Below are positions 49,826-59,448 of a DNA stretch of 64,000 bases, piece by piece. Each line of letters starts with the position of its first letter. The first letter of the stretch is position 1. The stretch is from Pseudomonadota bacterium (GTDB taxonomy: Bacteria > Pseudomonadota > Alphaproteobacteria > Acetobacterales > Acetobacteraceae). Location: contig JAFEFW010000636.1 of NCBI GenBank assembly GCA_018240405.1, positions 7,788 to 71,787 on the forward strand. The letters run 5' to 3'. Below the pieces are notes generated by a model. It was not told the origin of the DNA. It saw only the letters and a list, made by a program, of their open reading frames with translations, and did not search any database. The translations under genes were made by a program, and so were the position numbers.

Positions 49826-51094
49826 ATGCAGTCGAGTAATAATACGCTGATTGGACGCAACGGCTCGATCACCGACGCAGCCGGAAATGTATGGACAATT
49901 ACTGCCACAGGACAGGTGGCGGTCAATGGCGTCGTTGATTCTTCGACACGTAATGTCACGCATCTCGCCTATGTCAACGGCCTGGTATGGCAGGAGAACA
50001 GCCTCAATCTCTGGTGGTCAAAGTCGGCACCGTCGGCGGCGTGGTCTCCGCCGCAGGGCACCAGCCTCGTACCGGTACCGGTGCCCAATGCCGCGCGCGA
50101 CAATGCGGTGATCGGCGCCGCTGCGCCCGGTACCTCGACACCGGTGCTGACGGACACCCACGGCAACACCTGGGCGCTGGCGAACGGCCGCGTCGTGGTC
50201 AACGGCGTCGCCGACATGACCACGGCCAACGTCATCGAGTTGGCCTGGCGCAACGGACGGATCTGGCAGGAGAACAGCCAGCATCTATGGTGGAGCAAGG
50301 ACGCGCCCGCCGCTTCCTGGTCGCCCGGCGCCGGCAGTGCAACGAACCCGGTGAGCGGGAATTTCTACGTCTACAATGCCCCTGGCCAGGCGGCGGTGAT
50401 CAATGTCGGGGTGCTGACGACCTCGCCGGAGGGCGGGTCCGGCATGCCGCCCGGATCGGTCTCCCGTATCATCACGCCAGGTGTGACGGCGAACGGCTCC
50501 GCCATCCATGTCAGTACACAGACGGCAACGATTGAGGTAGACGGACCGAGCGCCCTGCGCAACGGCGCCGACCTGACACTGATTGGCGCCTATCGTACGC
50601 CACGTCCGGTTTACGGGCCGATGGAGAACAATGGGGCGATGATGCTCGATCATGCGAGCCTGCATGTCGGCGGACTCAGCGGCACCGGCACCGTCACCGC
50701 AACCAATGGGAGCGTGCTGGCGATTCAGGGCGCCGAGGACGACGGCGCCATCGTCCGGTTGCGTGCGTCCGACCTGTATATCGGCGGCCAGGGCGGCGCG
50801 TATGGCAGCGCTGGCATCCCGGGCGGCATGTCATTCCTTGCACCGATCGACATGGATGCGGGAAGCCGCATCGTGCTGAACGCGGTGCAGGCGACGAGCG
50901 GCGTCCTGAACATGCATGCGGGGTCGGTGAGCGAACTGATCCTCTACAACGGCGCAACCGAGGTGGCGGACATTGCGGTGCATGGGGTGGCAACGCTGCA
51001 TGCCGCCAACACGGGCACCGGCGCCAGCATGGCGATTGTGCTGAGCGCAATGCCAACCGCCCACGACCTGCCGCTGATCACACACCAGGTTTGA
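49826..51094 (+). CDS. Hypothetical protein with two ~60-aa Trp-rich repeats and a beta-rich C-terminal half
   Basis: Coherent 422-aa ORF; no signal peptide; two aligned repeats (see next feature). Confidence 0.75.
   Translation: MQSSNNTLIGRNGSITDAAGNVWTITATGQVAVNGVVDSSTRNVTHLAYVNGLVWQENSLNLWWSKSAPSAAWSPPQGTSLVPVPVPNAARDNAVIGAAAPGTSTPVLTDTHGNTWALANGRVVVNGVADMTTANVIELAWRNGRIWQENSQHLWWSKDAPAASWSPGAGSATNPVSGNFYVYNAPGQAAVINVGVLTTSPEGGSGMPPGSVSRIITPGVTANGSAIHVSTQTATIEVDGPSALRNGADLTLIGAYRTPRPVYGPMENNGAMMLDHASLHVGGLSGTGTVTATNGSVLAIQGAEDDGAIVRLRASDLYIGGQGGAYGSAGIPGGMSFLAPIDMDAGSRIVLNAVQATSGVLNMHAGSVSELILYNGATEVADIAVHGVATLHAANTGTGASMAIVLSAMPTAHDLPLITHQV
49868..50326 (+). repeat. Two in-frame repeats TDxxGNxW..G.VxVNGVxD..TxNVxxLA(Y/W)xNGxxWQENSxxLWWSKxAPxAxWSP
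   Basis: Copies at about 49868-50050 and 50147-50326. Confidence 0.85.
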
Positions 51095-51374
51095 TGGGCG
51101 AGCGCCGCCTTCGGTGTGTCGAAGCAAGGCGCGCGGCAGGATGGAACGAGCGTGCAAAGTGGCACGCTGACAAGAAACCTCCGTTCGGCCAGGCGCATCG
51201 TTCGTTTTGACTATTAGTCGTTCTGTATGACGGTGTCCGCTCGCCCAAAATTCTTACTCCAGCCCATTAAATTTCGTTGCGACCGGCTTTTCCCCTGCCC
51301 TATCCTCACGATCCTGTGATCAATGATGCGGGAACCAGAGACGTGTCCCGCTCCAGGCAGGTGAAAGGGGTGCC

Positions 51375-51623
51375 GTGCGGACCGTCATGACATGGGTAAA
51401 GGCGCTGACCGACCGTCAGCGTCGCCGGCGAACATTTGGCCTCGCCGCTGTTGCCTCTCTGCTCTGCCTGGTGACGCTGGCGACAGCGCTTGCGCACAAG
51501 CCGCGGCCGGTGCCGGCACGCTTTTCGCAGCGCTGCCCGCTGGTCGACGGCCGCGGCGGCAATTTCGACACGGCGCGGACAGATGCACTGATGAAAACCA
51601 GCCGTTGCTGGTTGAACATCTGA
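51375..51623 (+). CDS. Possible small membrane or secreted protein, ~82 aa
   Basis: AAGGGG before the GTG; basic stretch RQRRRR followed by hydrophobic FGLAAVASLLCLVTLATALA. Confidence 0.4.
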   Translation: MRTVMTWVKALTDRQRRRRTFGLAAVASLLCLVTLATALAHKPRPVPARFSQRCPLVDGRGGNFDTARTDALMKTSRCWLNI

Positions 51624-51759
51624 CGGTCATGCCGTCTCCGCAACGGCACCGTGAGCGGCGACTTCTGGCCGGTGGCGGTCGGTGCCTGTGGCGGCTGGTG
51701 CCTTGCGGTCATGGCGCGAGCGCAGCAAACTCCGATCCGCACCCAACCAGGAGGAAACC

Positions 51760-52086
51760 ATGCTCTACGAATTGCGGATCTACGAGTGCGTGCCCGGCCG
51801 CCTGCCGGACCTGAATAACCGCTTTGCCAACATCACCCTGAAGCTGTGGGAGAAGCATGGCATCAAGCAGGCCGGCTTCTGGACAACGCTGATCGGCGAG
51901 TCCAACCAGACGCTCTACTACCTGCTGCAGTGGGAGTCGCTCGCTGACCGCGAGAAGAAGTGGAACGCCTTCGGCGCCGACCCGGAATGGCACGCGGCCC
52001 GCGCGAAAACCGAGGAGAATGGGCCGATCGTTGCTAATGTGAAGAACTTCATCCTGGCACCGACGCCCTACTCGTCGGTGAAGTAG
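51760..52086 (+). CDS. NIPSNAP family protein
   Basis: AGGAGG RBS; MLYELRIY...PG..., GFW, W.SLADRE..W..F..DPEW, ILAPTPYS. Confidence 0.93.
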   Translation: MLYELRIYECVPGRLPDLNNRFANITLKLWEKHGIKQAGFWTTLIGESNQTLYYLLQWESLADREKKWNAFGADPEWHAARAKTEENGPIVANVKNFILAPTPYSSVK

Positions 52087-52264
52087 GCGCATCGGGCGCG
52101 GCCGGCACGGGACCCTGCCGGGCCGCCGACCGCGCCCCACTCCGCGTCGCGACGCGGCGCCGTGGTCTCCGGCGGGAGGGCCCGCGGCGATAATGCGCAA
52201 GCCCCCTGGACCCGACCCGGCGAGATATGGTGCAGTGCACCATTCACCTGCCAGGAGCACGTTC

Positions 52265-53467
52265 ATGCCCGAAATCGACGCAAACCGCCTGTTGAAGGAC
52301 CTCTACGCGGCGCGCGAAATCGGCAAGTACAAGACCGGCGTGCATCGCCCCACCTATTCACCGCAGGATGTGGAATCGCGGCACTGGCTCGCCGGCCGTC
52401 TGGCCGACGCCGGGCTGGAGGCATCGATTGATGGCATCGGCAATGTCTACGGCCTCGACCCGCGGCCAGGACGGAAGCTGCTGCTGGGCAGCCATATGGA
52501 GACGCAGAACCGGGCCGGCTGGCTCGACGGCGTTATGGGCGTGATCTACGGCCTCGAGATCGCCCGCGCCCTCGGCACCGGTATCGACGTTGCCGCCTGG
52601 GCCGATGAGGAGGGTCATTTCGGCTCCTTTATCGGTAGCCGCTCCTTCTGTGGCCTGCTGACGGAGCAGGAGATGGACGTCTGCAGCAATCGCGAGACCG
52701 GCCAGTCCCTGCGCGACGCGCTGCGCGAGGCCGGGTTCTCGGGCCGGGCGCGGCGGTTGATCGATCAGGCGCGCTACCGCGGCTATATCGAGGCGCATAT
52801 CGAGCAGGGCCAGGAGTTGGAAGACCACCACCTGCGCATCGGCGTCGTCACTGCCATCGTCGGCAGCCGGCGCTATCGCATTGAATTCAAGGGCCAGCAG
52901 AACCACGCCGGCACCACCCGCATGGCAATCCGCAAAGATGCCGGCGTGGCACTGGTCAAGCTGGCGGCGGCGATCGAGGCGGCGTTTCCGAAGATCGCCG
53001 GCCCGCGCACAGTCTGGACGGCGGGCGACATCAAGCTGGATCCGGGTGCGCCGAGCATTGTGCCGGGCGGTGCGGAACTGGTGTTTCAGTTCAGGGACAC
53101 GGATCCGGCCATTCTGGACGCGCTGGCTGCAAAGCTGGACGAGTTGATCGTGGAAGCCAACCAGGGGCCCTGCGAGGTGCACATCGCCTATCACAGCGCG
53201 ACGGAGCCGGCAGCGATGGACGCCGGCTTCCGTGCCGCGCTGACGACTGCCGCACAAGGCCGGGCACCGGGATTGCACCAGGCGATGCCGTCCGGCGCAG
53301 GCCATGACGCGCAAATCCTGTCGCACCGCCTGCCATCGGCGATGCTGTTCGTGCCCAGCATCGGCGGCATCAGCCACCACTACACGGAAAACACGCGCGA
53401 TGCAGACATCGTGCTTGGCTGCCAGGTGATGGCGGATGCCTGCGCGGCGCTGCTGGAGAAGGTCTGA
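52265..53467 (+). CDS. M20 Zn-dependent amidohydrolase (hydantoinase/carbamoylase family)
   Basis: Start MPEIDANRL at 52265 with AGGAG; GSH, GWLDG, EEG, YIEAHIEQG, NHAGTT, SGAGHDA, GGISH. Confidence 0.9.
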   Translation: MPEIDANRLLKDLYAAREIGKYKTGVHRPTYSPQDVESRHWLAGRLADAGLEASIDGIGNVYGLDPRPGRKLLLGSHMETQNRAGWLDGVMGVIYGLEIARALGTGIDVAAWADEEGHFGSFIGSRSFCGLLTEQEMDVCSNRETGQSLRDALREAGFSGRARRLIDQARYRGYIEAHIEQGQELEDHHLRIGVVTAIVGSRRYRIEFKGQQNHAGTTRMAIRKDAGVALVKLAAAIEAAFPKIAGPRTVWTAGDIKLDPGAPSIVPGGAELVFQFRDTDPAILDALAAKLDELIVEANQGPCEVHIAYHSATEPAAMDAGFRAALTTAAQGRAPGLHQAMPSGAGHDAQILSHRLPSAMLFVPSIGGISHHYTENTRDADIVLGCQVMADACAALLEKV

Positions 53468-53602
53468 CGGGCCGGCCGGGACGCAGGGCGCATCATCCGG
53501 CCGGTTGAAGTGCCTACCGCCACTGTCGCAGCGGGTTGAAGCCGTTGTTTGGCGCGTAAAGCCCGGCATCCGCCGGCAATGTCTGGATACGGCGTAGTGA
53601 CA

Positions 53603-54811
53603 ATGCCGCGGACGACGCGGATACAGCTGTTGGCTTTGGCCCTTGTCTGCCTGCCAATATCGCTCTGCTCGTGGGCGCTCTACGCCGCGATGTACAGCCT
53701 GGGGCCGGCACAGGACTTCATGGTCTTCCACACCGCGGGCAGGCTCTGGCTGGACGGCGAGTTTCCGCTGATCTCCGACATCACCGCCTTCACCGCCAGG
53801 ATCCAGTCGCAGTACGGCACCTGGTTCGCCAAGCCGATCGACCCGCACCCCTGGGTCTATCCGCCCCTGTTCCTGTTGCTGGCAATCCCGTTGGGGACGC
53901 TTCCGTTCACGCTGGCGCTGGCACTGTTCGTCGCTGGTGGGCTGGTGGCGCTGATAGCCGCACTCCGTTGCCATGTCTTGCCTGGATGGCAGCGTTGGGC
54001 CTGCAGCATCAGCCTGTTGATGGCCCCGCCAACGCCGTTCGCGATCGGGGCCGGCCAGAACTCACTGCTGTTAACGGCGCTGCTGGTGGGCGGCTTTGGC
54101 TTGGCGCGCCGGACGCCGATCGCTGCGGGTATCCTGCTTGGGGTGCTGGGTTGCAAGCCGCAACTCTGGCTGATGGCGCCCGTCGCCCTGGTGGCGGCGC
54201 GGCAGTGGACAGTCCTGGCCGCCATGGCCTCGACCCTTGTTCTGTTGACCTTGGCCAGCGTCGGAATCGTGGGCACGGCGCCGTGGCACGAGTGGTTTTC
54301 GCTCATACTGTGGCCAAATCCGGATTTCCTGCGATGGATGGAATTCGGCCGGATGTGGGGACAGAGCGCCTACACGGACGCCGTCCTGCTCGGCGCGCCA
54401 ACCTCGGTCGCGAACGCCTGGCAGGGTGTGGTGACACTTGCTTCCGCGGTGCTGGTCTGGTGGTGCTACCGCCGATCTGCCTTGCCTGATGACCTGCGCC
54501 TGGCGGTGCTGCTGACGGCAACGATCCTCGCTGCGCCACATGTCTCGAACTATGACGCAGTCATGGTGACCGTCGCGGTGTCGCTGTTTCTATGCCGTGC
54601 GCTTACCGATGGTCTGCGCCCGCTCGAGGCTGTTGTCGCGATCTCCGCCTGGAGCATCGAACTGCTCAACCCGCCGCGCGCTATAAGCTGGGGCCTTGTC
54701 ACACCGCTGGTGTATGCGGCGTTCCTGACGATTGTCGTTGCCCGCGGACGAGCAGCCGGCTGCGGCCCTGCTCGTCCACGTGAGATTGACGCCCCTGCTT
54801 ACCAACCATAG
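53603..54811 (+). CDS. GT87 (DUF2029) membrane glycosyltransferase
   Basis: QDF..F, WVYPP, GQN, KPQL, PH...YD motifs in a polytopic membrane protein; start uncertain (53549-53603). Confidence 0.85.
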   Translation: MPRTTRIQLLALALVCLPISLCSWALYAAMYSLGPAQDFMVFHTAGRLWLDGEFPLISDITAFTARIQSQYGTWFAKPIDPHPWVYPPLFLLLAIPLGTLPFTLALALFVAGGLVALIAALRCHVLPGWQRWACSISLLMAPPTPFAIGAGQNSLLLTALLVGGFGLARRTPIAAGILLGVLGCKPQLWLMAPVALVAARQWTVLAAMASTLVLLTLASVGIVGTAPWHEWFSLILWPNPDFLRWMEFGRMWGQSAYTDAVLLGAPTSVANAWQGVVTLASAVLVWWCYRRSALPDDLRLAVLLTATILAAPHVSNYDAVMVTVAVSLFLCRALTDGLRPLEAVVAISAWSIELLNPPRAISWGLVTPLVYAAFLTIVVARGRAAGCGPARPREIDAPAYQP

Positions 54812-54845
54812 CGTCACGCGACAACGAACCGGGAGAGGAAACCCC

Positions 54846-55937
54846 ATGCGCGCCGCCGTCCTGCACCAGGCCAACCAGCCTTTGACGATCGAGGAACTGA
54901 CCGTCGCCAATCCCGGTCCGCACGAGGTGCTGCTGAACACCGCCTATGCCGGGCTCTGCCACAGTGACCTCCACTTCATTGAAGGCCTCTACCCCATGCC
55001 GACACCCTGCGTGCTCGGCCATGAGTCCTCGGGCGTGGTGGCAGCCGTCGGCAGCGAGGTGACCTATGTGAAGCCGGGCGACCGGGTCATCACCTGTACC
55101 TCGGTGTTCTGCGGCACCTGCGAGTACTGCACCACGGGCCGCCCGCAACTTTGCAACAATACCGCGGTGAAGATGGCGCCAGGTGTGGCGAAGCGGCTGT
55201 TCTGGAAGGGCCAGCCAGTCGTGCAGTGCTTCAATCTCTCCTCGTTCGCGGAGCAGTTGCTGGTGCACGAAAACGCCGTGGTGAAGATCGCCGATGACAT
55301 CCCACTCAACATCGGTTGCCTGGTCGGCTGCGGCGTGATCACCGGCGCCGGTGCTGTCATGAACACCGCGAAAGTGCCAGTAGGGGCAACGGTCGCTGTG
55401 TTCGGCTGCGGCGGCATCGGGTTGTCGGCTGTTAATGGCGCGGCGATCGCCGGCGCCGACCGGATCATCGCGGTCGACACGGTGTCGTCGAAGCTCGATG
55501 TCGCGAAGCAGATGGGCGCCACCGACGTGATCAACGCCAGCAACGTCGATCCGGTGGAAGCGATCAAGGACCTGACCGGAGGCGGCGTAGAATACTCGTT
55601 CGAAGCCGTCGGCCTGAAGAAGACGGCCGAACAGTGCTTCCAGGCACTGCGCGCCGGTGGTACAGCGACGATCATCGGCATGGTGCCGTTCGGCATGAAG
55701 ATCGAACTGCATGGCTATGACTTCCTGCGTGAGCGGAAAATCCAGGGCTCCTCGATGGGCAGCAACCGCTTCCGTTTCGACATGCCGAAGCTGCTGAACG
55801 CCTGGAAGAAGGGCGAGTTGAAACTCGACCACCTGATCACCAGCCATATCAAGCTTGACGAGATCAATGAAGGTTACGCCAAGCTGAAAAGCGGCACGGT
55901 GCTGCGGCAGTTGATCGACTTCGGCGTCGCTACCTGA
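54846..55937 (+). CDS. Zn-dependent alcohol dehydrogenase (MDR family)
   Basis: Start MRAAVL at 54846; GLCHSD, GHE, CGTCEYC..C, GCGGIG. Confidence 0.95.
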   Translation: MRAAVLHQANQPLTIEELTVANPGPHEVLLNTAYAGLCHSDLHFIEGLYPMPTPCVLGHESSGVVAAVGSEVTYVKPGDRVITCTSVFCGTCEYCTTGRPQLCNNTAVKMAPGVAKRLFWKGQPVVQCFNLSSFAEQLLVHENAVVKIADDIPLNIGCLVGCGVITGAGAVMNTAKVPVGATVAVFGCGGIGLSAVNGAAIAGADRIIAVDTVSSKLDVAKQMGATDVINASNVDPVEAIKDLTGGGVEYSFEAVGLKKTAEQCFQALRAGGTATIIGMVPFGMKIELHGYDFLRERKIQGSSMGSNRFRFDMPKLLNAWKKGELKLDHLITSHIKLDEINEGYAKLKSGTVLRQLIDFGVAT

Positions 55938-56086
55938 CGCCTGACGAAACAGCCCCCGGCCGCCATTGGGGTCGGGATTGGCTGATTCGAAGCTCCAACG
56001 CGGGTGCGGGAGCAACCGCAGCGCCACCGCACCCGCCGCGAAGCGGCCCTCTCCATCGCCGCCGCAACGTCGCTGATGAACAAGAC

Positions 56087-56224
56087 CTTCGTGGTTTCGT
56101 GCCTTCATGGTGATGCCTTTGCTGTGCATCCGCCAATACCGGCATCAACCGGGATGCACGCTGCTGAGGCCCGGGTCCGGCATTACCCGCTGATTCTTCA
56201 CCACGAAGTCACGACTCCACGAAG
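56087..56224. repeat. 26-bp inverted repeat built from CACGAAG units
   Basis: 56087-56112 reverse-complements to CACCATGAAGGCACGAAACCACGAAG; 56199-56224 is CACCACGAAGTCACGACTCCACGAAG (22/26 identical). Confidence 0.65.
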
Positions 56225-56344
56225 CCTTTGGTTGGCCAAGCCGGCTTGGTGGAGGAATGGGTTTCGCCGGTGCTGATAACGCCTTCCATCAACACGCTCC
56301 GCGTGACGGCGGATGGCCGGCGGGACCTGAACGACCGAATCCCT

Positions 56345-56376
56345 AAAATAGGGGCGGCTGAAGAACAGCCGCCCCT
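56345..56376 (-). terminator. Rho-independent terminator of the 56421..57602 gene
   Basis: AGGGGCGGCTG-N5-CAGCCGCCCCT 11-bp stem followed by ATTTT on the minus strand, 44 nt after the stop. Confidence 0.65.
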
Positions 56377-56420
56377 GCCAGACAGGTGCCGCAGCGGAAC
56401 CTGGTCCGCTGCCGTGTCTG

Positions 56421-57602
56421 TCAATACGCAACCGGTTCGGGCGTCACGACCGTCCAGCGGCCGTTCTTGATCACCGCCAGATAGGAGTCGGCCGACCCCT
56501 GGTGCTTGTCCGGGCCGAACGTCATCGGCGGGGAGCCAAAGATGTCCTTATAGCCCTTGATCTTCTCCATGCCGGCGATGAACGTCTCGACGTTCAGGTC
56601 CTTGCCGGCGTTCTTCAGCCCGAGCACGATCATTTCGGCCGCCGTGATGCCAAGCTGCGCGGCAAAGTTTGGTTCGTTACCGAACCGGGCCTTATACTTG
56701 GTGACGAAGTCACGCACTGCCGGGCGCGCGTCCTCAGGATCGGCATACACGACAGACGTCATGGCATAGACGCCCTCGGTTGCGCCGCCGGGGGCTTCGG
56801 CAACGCTCTTGTCGTAGATTGCCACGTTACCCAGGACGTCGACATTCCAGCCGACCTTGCGCATGGCGCCGACGATCTGGATCGTATCGCGAACGATGGT
56901 GCCCAGGATCACCAGGTCGCAGTTTGCCTCCCGCAGCCGGGCGACCGATGCGCTGAAGTCGGTATCGGTAGGCTTATGTAACGTCTCGGCAGCCAGGTTG
57001 ATCTTCATCGCTTTCATCTGGTCGCGCACACCGTCCATGACGTCACGACCGAAATCAGTGTCCTGCGACATCGCGCAGATGGTCTTCTTGCCGCGCTGCT
57101 CGACGAACAGCTTCACGCCGGAGCGCATCATGTCGTAATATGACGCCGCAAGGCCGAACTTCAGGTGATTGAACGGGTAGTACATGGACCGCGCCGAGGT
57201 CAGCGGAAACATGTTTGGCACGTTCTTGGACAACTGCTCCGGCATGGTGGCGTTGTTCATCGGCGTGCCGCCATTTGCCACCATCATGAACACATTGTCA
57301 CGATTGATCAGCTTGTTTGCCGCCTGGACAGAGCGCGGCACCTGGTACTGGCTGTCCTCAGTGATGAACTTGATCTTCCGCCCGTTGATGCCGCCTTCGG
57401 CGTTCACCCGGTCGAACACCATGCGCCAGGCGTTGTTGTTGTTAACGCCCCAGACAGCCGTCACGCCAGACAGGTCGGTATACGAACCAATGACGATCTC
57501 AGTGTCCGTGACGCCACGTACCGGGTCGGCCGCGGCGGCTTCACGAGCCTGCGGCGCGAGTAAGCACAGGGCCGCGAGGGCCCACTTCCATCTTGATCTC
57601 AT
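56421..57602 (-). CDS. ABC transporter substrate-binding protein, branched-chain amino acid (LivJ-like) family
   Basis: Signal peptide; GVTDTEIVIG, DLSG, GGINGRKI...EDSQY, DTDFG, DFSASVARL. Confidence 0.92.
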   Translation of the reverse strand: MRSRWKWALAALCLLAPQAREAAAADPVRGVTDTEIVIGSYTDLSGVTAVWGVNNNNAWRMVFDRVNAEGGINGRKIKFITEDSQYQVPRSVQAANKLINRDNVFMMVANGGTPMNNATMPEQLSKNVPNMFPLTSARSMYYPFNHLKFGLAASYYDMMRSGVKLFVEQRGKKTICAMSQDTDFGRDVMDGVRDQMKAMKINLAAETLHKPTDTDFSASVARLREANCDLVILGTIVRDTIQIVGAMRKVGWNVDVLGNVAIYDKSVAEAPGGATEGVYAMTSVVYADPEDARPAVRDFVTKYKARFGNEPNFAAQLGITAAEMIVLGLKNAGKDLNVETFIAGMEKIKGYKDIFGSPPMTFGPDKHQGSADSYLAVIKNGRWTVVTPEPVAY

Positions 57603-57889
57603 ACGTTAACTCCCGACGTACCTGTATTGACGCCCCTCTTGTCTGCTGTATCCGCGCTGGGGCAGGGCGGCCGCGGACGCTTAGCCGGTACTGGTTCGTT
57701 TGTGAACCGGTGATTTGCCGATCTGCCCCTCCTACCCGGCCGATGCACGCGCTTGAGTACGAGGCCACAACTGTAAGGTAGCAAAATCATGCTCGGACCG
57801 GCATCGACACGCGCGGCCACCCGCGCGGATACCACCGCGCGTGGTCCGGTTTACGCATCTACGGACACGCACCACCGGCAGGGGCATGC

Positions 57890-58474
57890 ATGAGCCAGGA
57901 CACGACGGCGCCACTTGAATCGGACTTCTTTCGCCGCGACGTCGTCACGGCCGCCCGTGACCTGATCGGCTGCCACCTGCTGGTCGACGGGGTTGGCGGC
58001 ATCATCGTCGAGACCGAGGCCTATGGCCCCACCGATCCCGCCTCCCATGCCTTCCGCGGACCAACCCCACGCAACGCCGCAATGTTCGGGCCGCCAGGCG
58101 TCGCTTATGTGTACCGCAGCTATGGGATGCACTGGTGCCTGAACGTCGTGTGCGGGACCGGCCCGGGCGCGGCGGTGTTGATCCGGGCACTGGAGCCGAC
58201 CGACGGCCTGGAAACCATGGTGACCCGCCGCGGCAGTACGACAGTGCGATTGTTGTGCGCCGGCCCAGGCCGGCTCTGCCAAGCCCTCGGCATCACGCTG
58301 GCGCATGATTCCCTCCCTCTGACCCGGCCGCCCTTTCGGCTTGCAGGTCAGCCCGGCTCCGTGCCGGTCGTCGCCGGCACACGGATCGGCATTTCGAAGG
58401 CGCAGGAACAGCCCTGGCGCTTCGGCCTGGCCGGCTCACGCTATCTCAGCCGCCCGTTCGCGCGCGAGCGATGA
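57890..58474 (+). CDS. DNA-3-methyladenine glycosylase (MPG/Aag family)
   Basis: [56 protein letters not shown]. Confidence 0.95.
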   Translation: MSQDTTAPLESDFFRRDVVTAARDLIGCHLLVDGVGGIIVETEAYGPTDPASHAFRGPTPRNAAMFGPPGVAYVYRSYGMHWCLNVVCGTGPGAAVLIRALEPTDGLETMVTRRGSTTVRLLCAGPGRLCQALGITLAHDSLPLTRPPFRLAGQPGSVPVVAGTRIGISKAQEQPWRFGLAGSRYLSRPFARER

Positions 58475-58658
58475 CTGCGTGGTCCGTGGTCAGCCTGCTC
58501 CGCCATGGGCCGGCAGTCCCGCCGCCGGGCTTGGCCCGGAAGCGACCTGACGGCGCGGCGACGTGTGCCACGGCGCGCGCAGGACCGTGCCGCGCCCCAA
58601 GCCCTTGTCCGGGACCGGCGGGGATGGTAGGGGGCCGGACTTTCCGAAGGGTTGACGT

Positions 58659-58940
58659 ATGGCATCTACATTCGACACCGTGGCGGATATTATCTCCGAC
58701 ACCTGCGATATCGAGCGTGAGAAGATCACGCCGGACAGCCACGCCATCAACGACCTGGGCATCGACAGCCTCGACTTCCTTGACGTCGCCTTCGCCATCG
58801 ACAAGGCGTTCGGCATCAAGATGCCGCTGGAAACCTGGATGCAGGACGTCAATGAGGGCAAGGTTTCGACCGACGAATATTTCGTCATGAAGAATCTATG
58901 CGCCAATATCGACAAGCTGGTCGCAGCAAAATCCGCCTGA
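58659..58940 (+). CDS. acpXL: Specialized acyl carrier protein AcpXL (very-long-chain fatty acid of lipid A)
   Basis: [38 protein letters not shown] pattern of rhizobial AcpXL; operon context. Confidence 0.9.
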   Translation: MASTFDTVADIISDTCDIEREKITPDSHAINDLGIDSLDFLDVAFAIDKAFGIKMPLETWMQDVNEGKVSTDEYFVMKNLCANIDKLVAAKSA

Positions 58941-58974
58941 TCCGACTCGGCGCGGCATGTAGTACGGTGGGCCG

Positions 58975-59448
58975 ATGAAGCTGGAATATTTCCAGATGGT
59001 GGATCGGATCACCGACCTTGATCTCGACGGCCGTCGCATCCAGACATCCTGCCAGGTGCCGGAGCAGTCCCCGGTGTTTGAGGGACACTTCCCCGGCCAT
59101 CCGATCCTGCCCGGCGTGCTGATGATTGAGACGATGGCGCAGACCGGCGGCTGGCTCGTTTTGGCTGCGATGCGATTTGCCCGCATGCCGTTCCTGATGC
59201 AGGTTGAAAAGGCGAAGATGCGCGCGTTCGTTGAGCCCGGCCGCCTGCTGGCGGGCGAAGCCACGCTGGAGCACGAAGGCTCCGGCTACGCCGTCATCAA
59301 GGGCGCCATTCGCGCCGACGGCAAGAAAGTAGCTGAAGCCGAGATCCGCTACGGCGTGGTGCCCTTCCCCAACGACACGCTGCGCGGCGTCATGCTGGAG
59401 AGCGCCCGCCGGATCGGCGTTCCGGAGACCCTGTTCGATGCCCAATAA
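58975..59448 (+). CDS. fabZXL: 3-hydroxyacyl-ACP dehydratase FabZXL
   Basis: MKLEYFQMVDRI, FEGHFPGHPILPGVLMIETMAQ. Confidence 0.88.
   Translation: MKLEYFQMVDRITDLDLDGRRIQTSCQVPEQSPVFEGHFPGHPILPGVLMIETMAQTGGWLVLAAMRFARMPFLMQVEKAKMRAFVEPGRLLAGEATLEHEGSGYAVIKGAIRADGKKVAEAEIRYGVVPFPNDTLRGVMLESARRIGVPETLFDAQ

Noticed and set aside
55930-56148. GxxExxY gene remnant following the HHEGTK motif
   Set aside because: None of the three minus-strand frames shows the IGAAxEVH or GxxExxY motifs.
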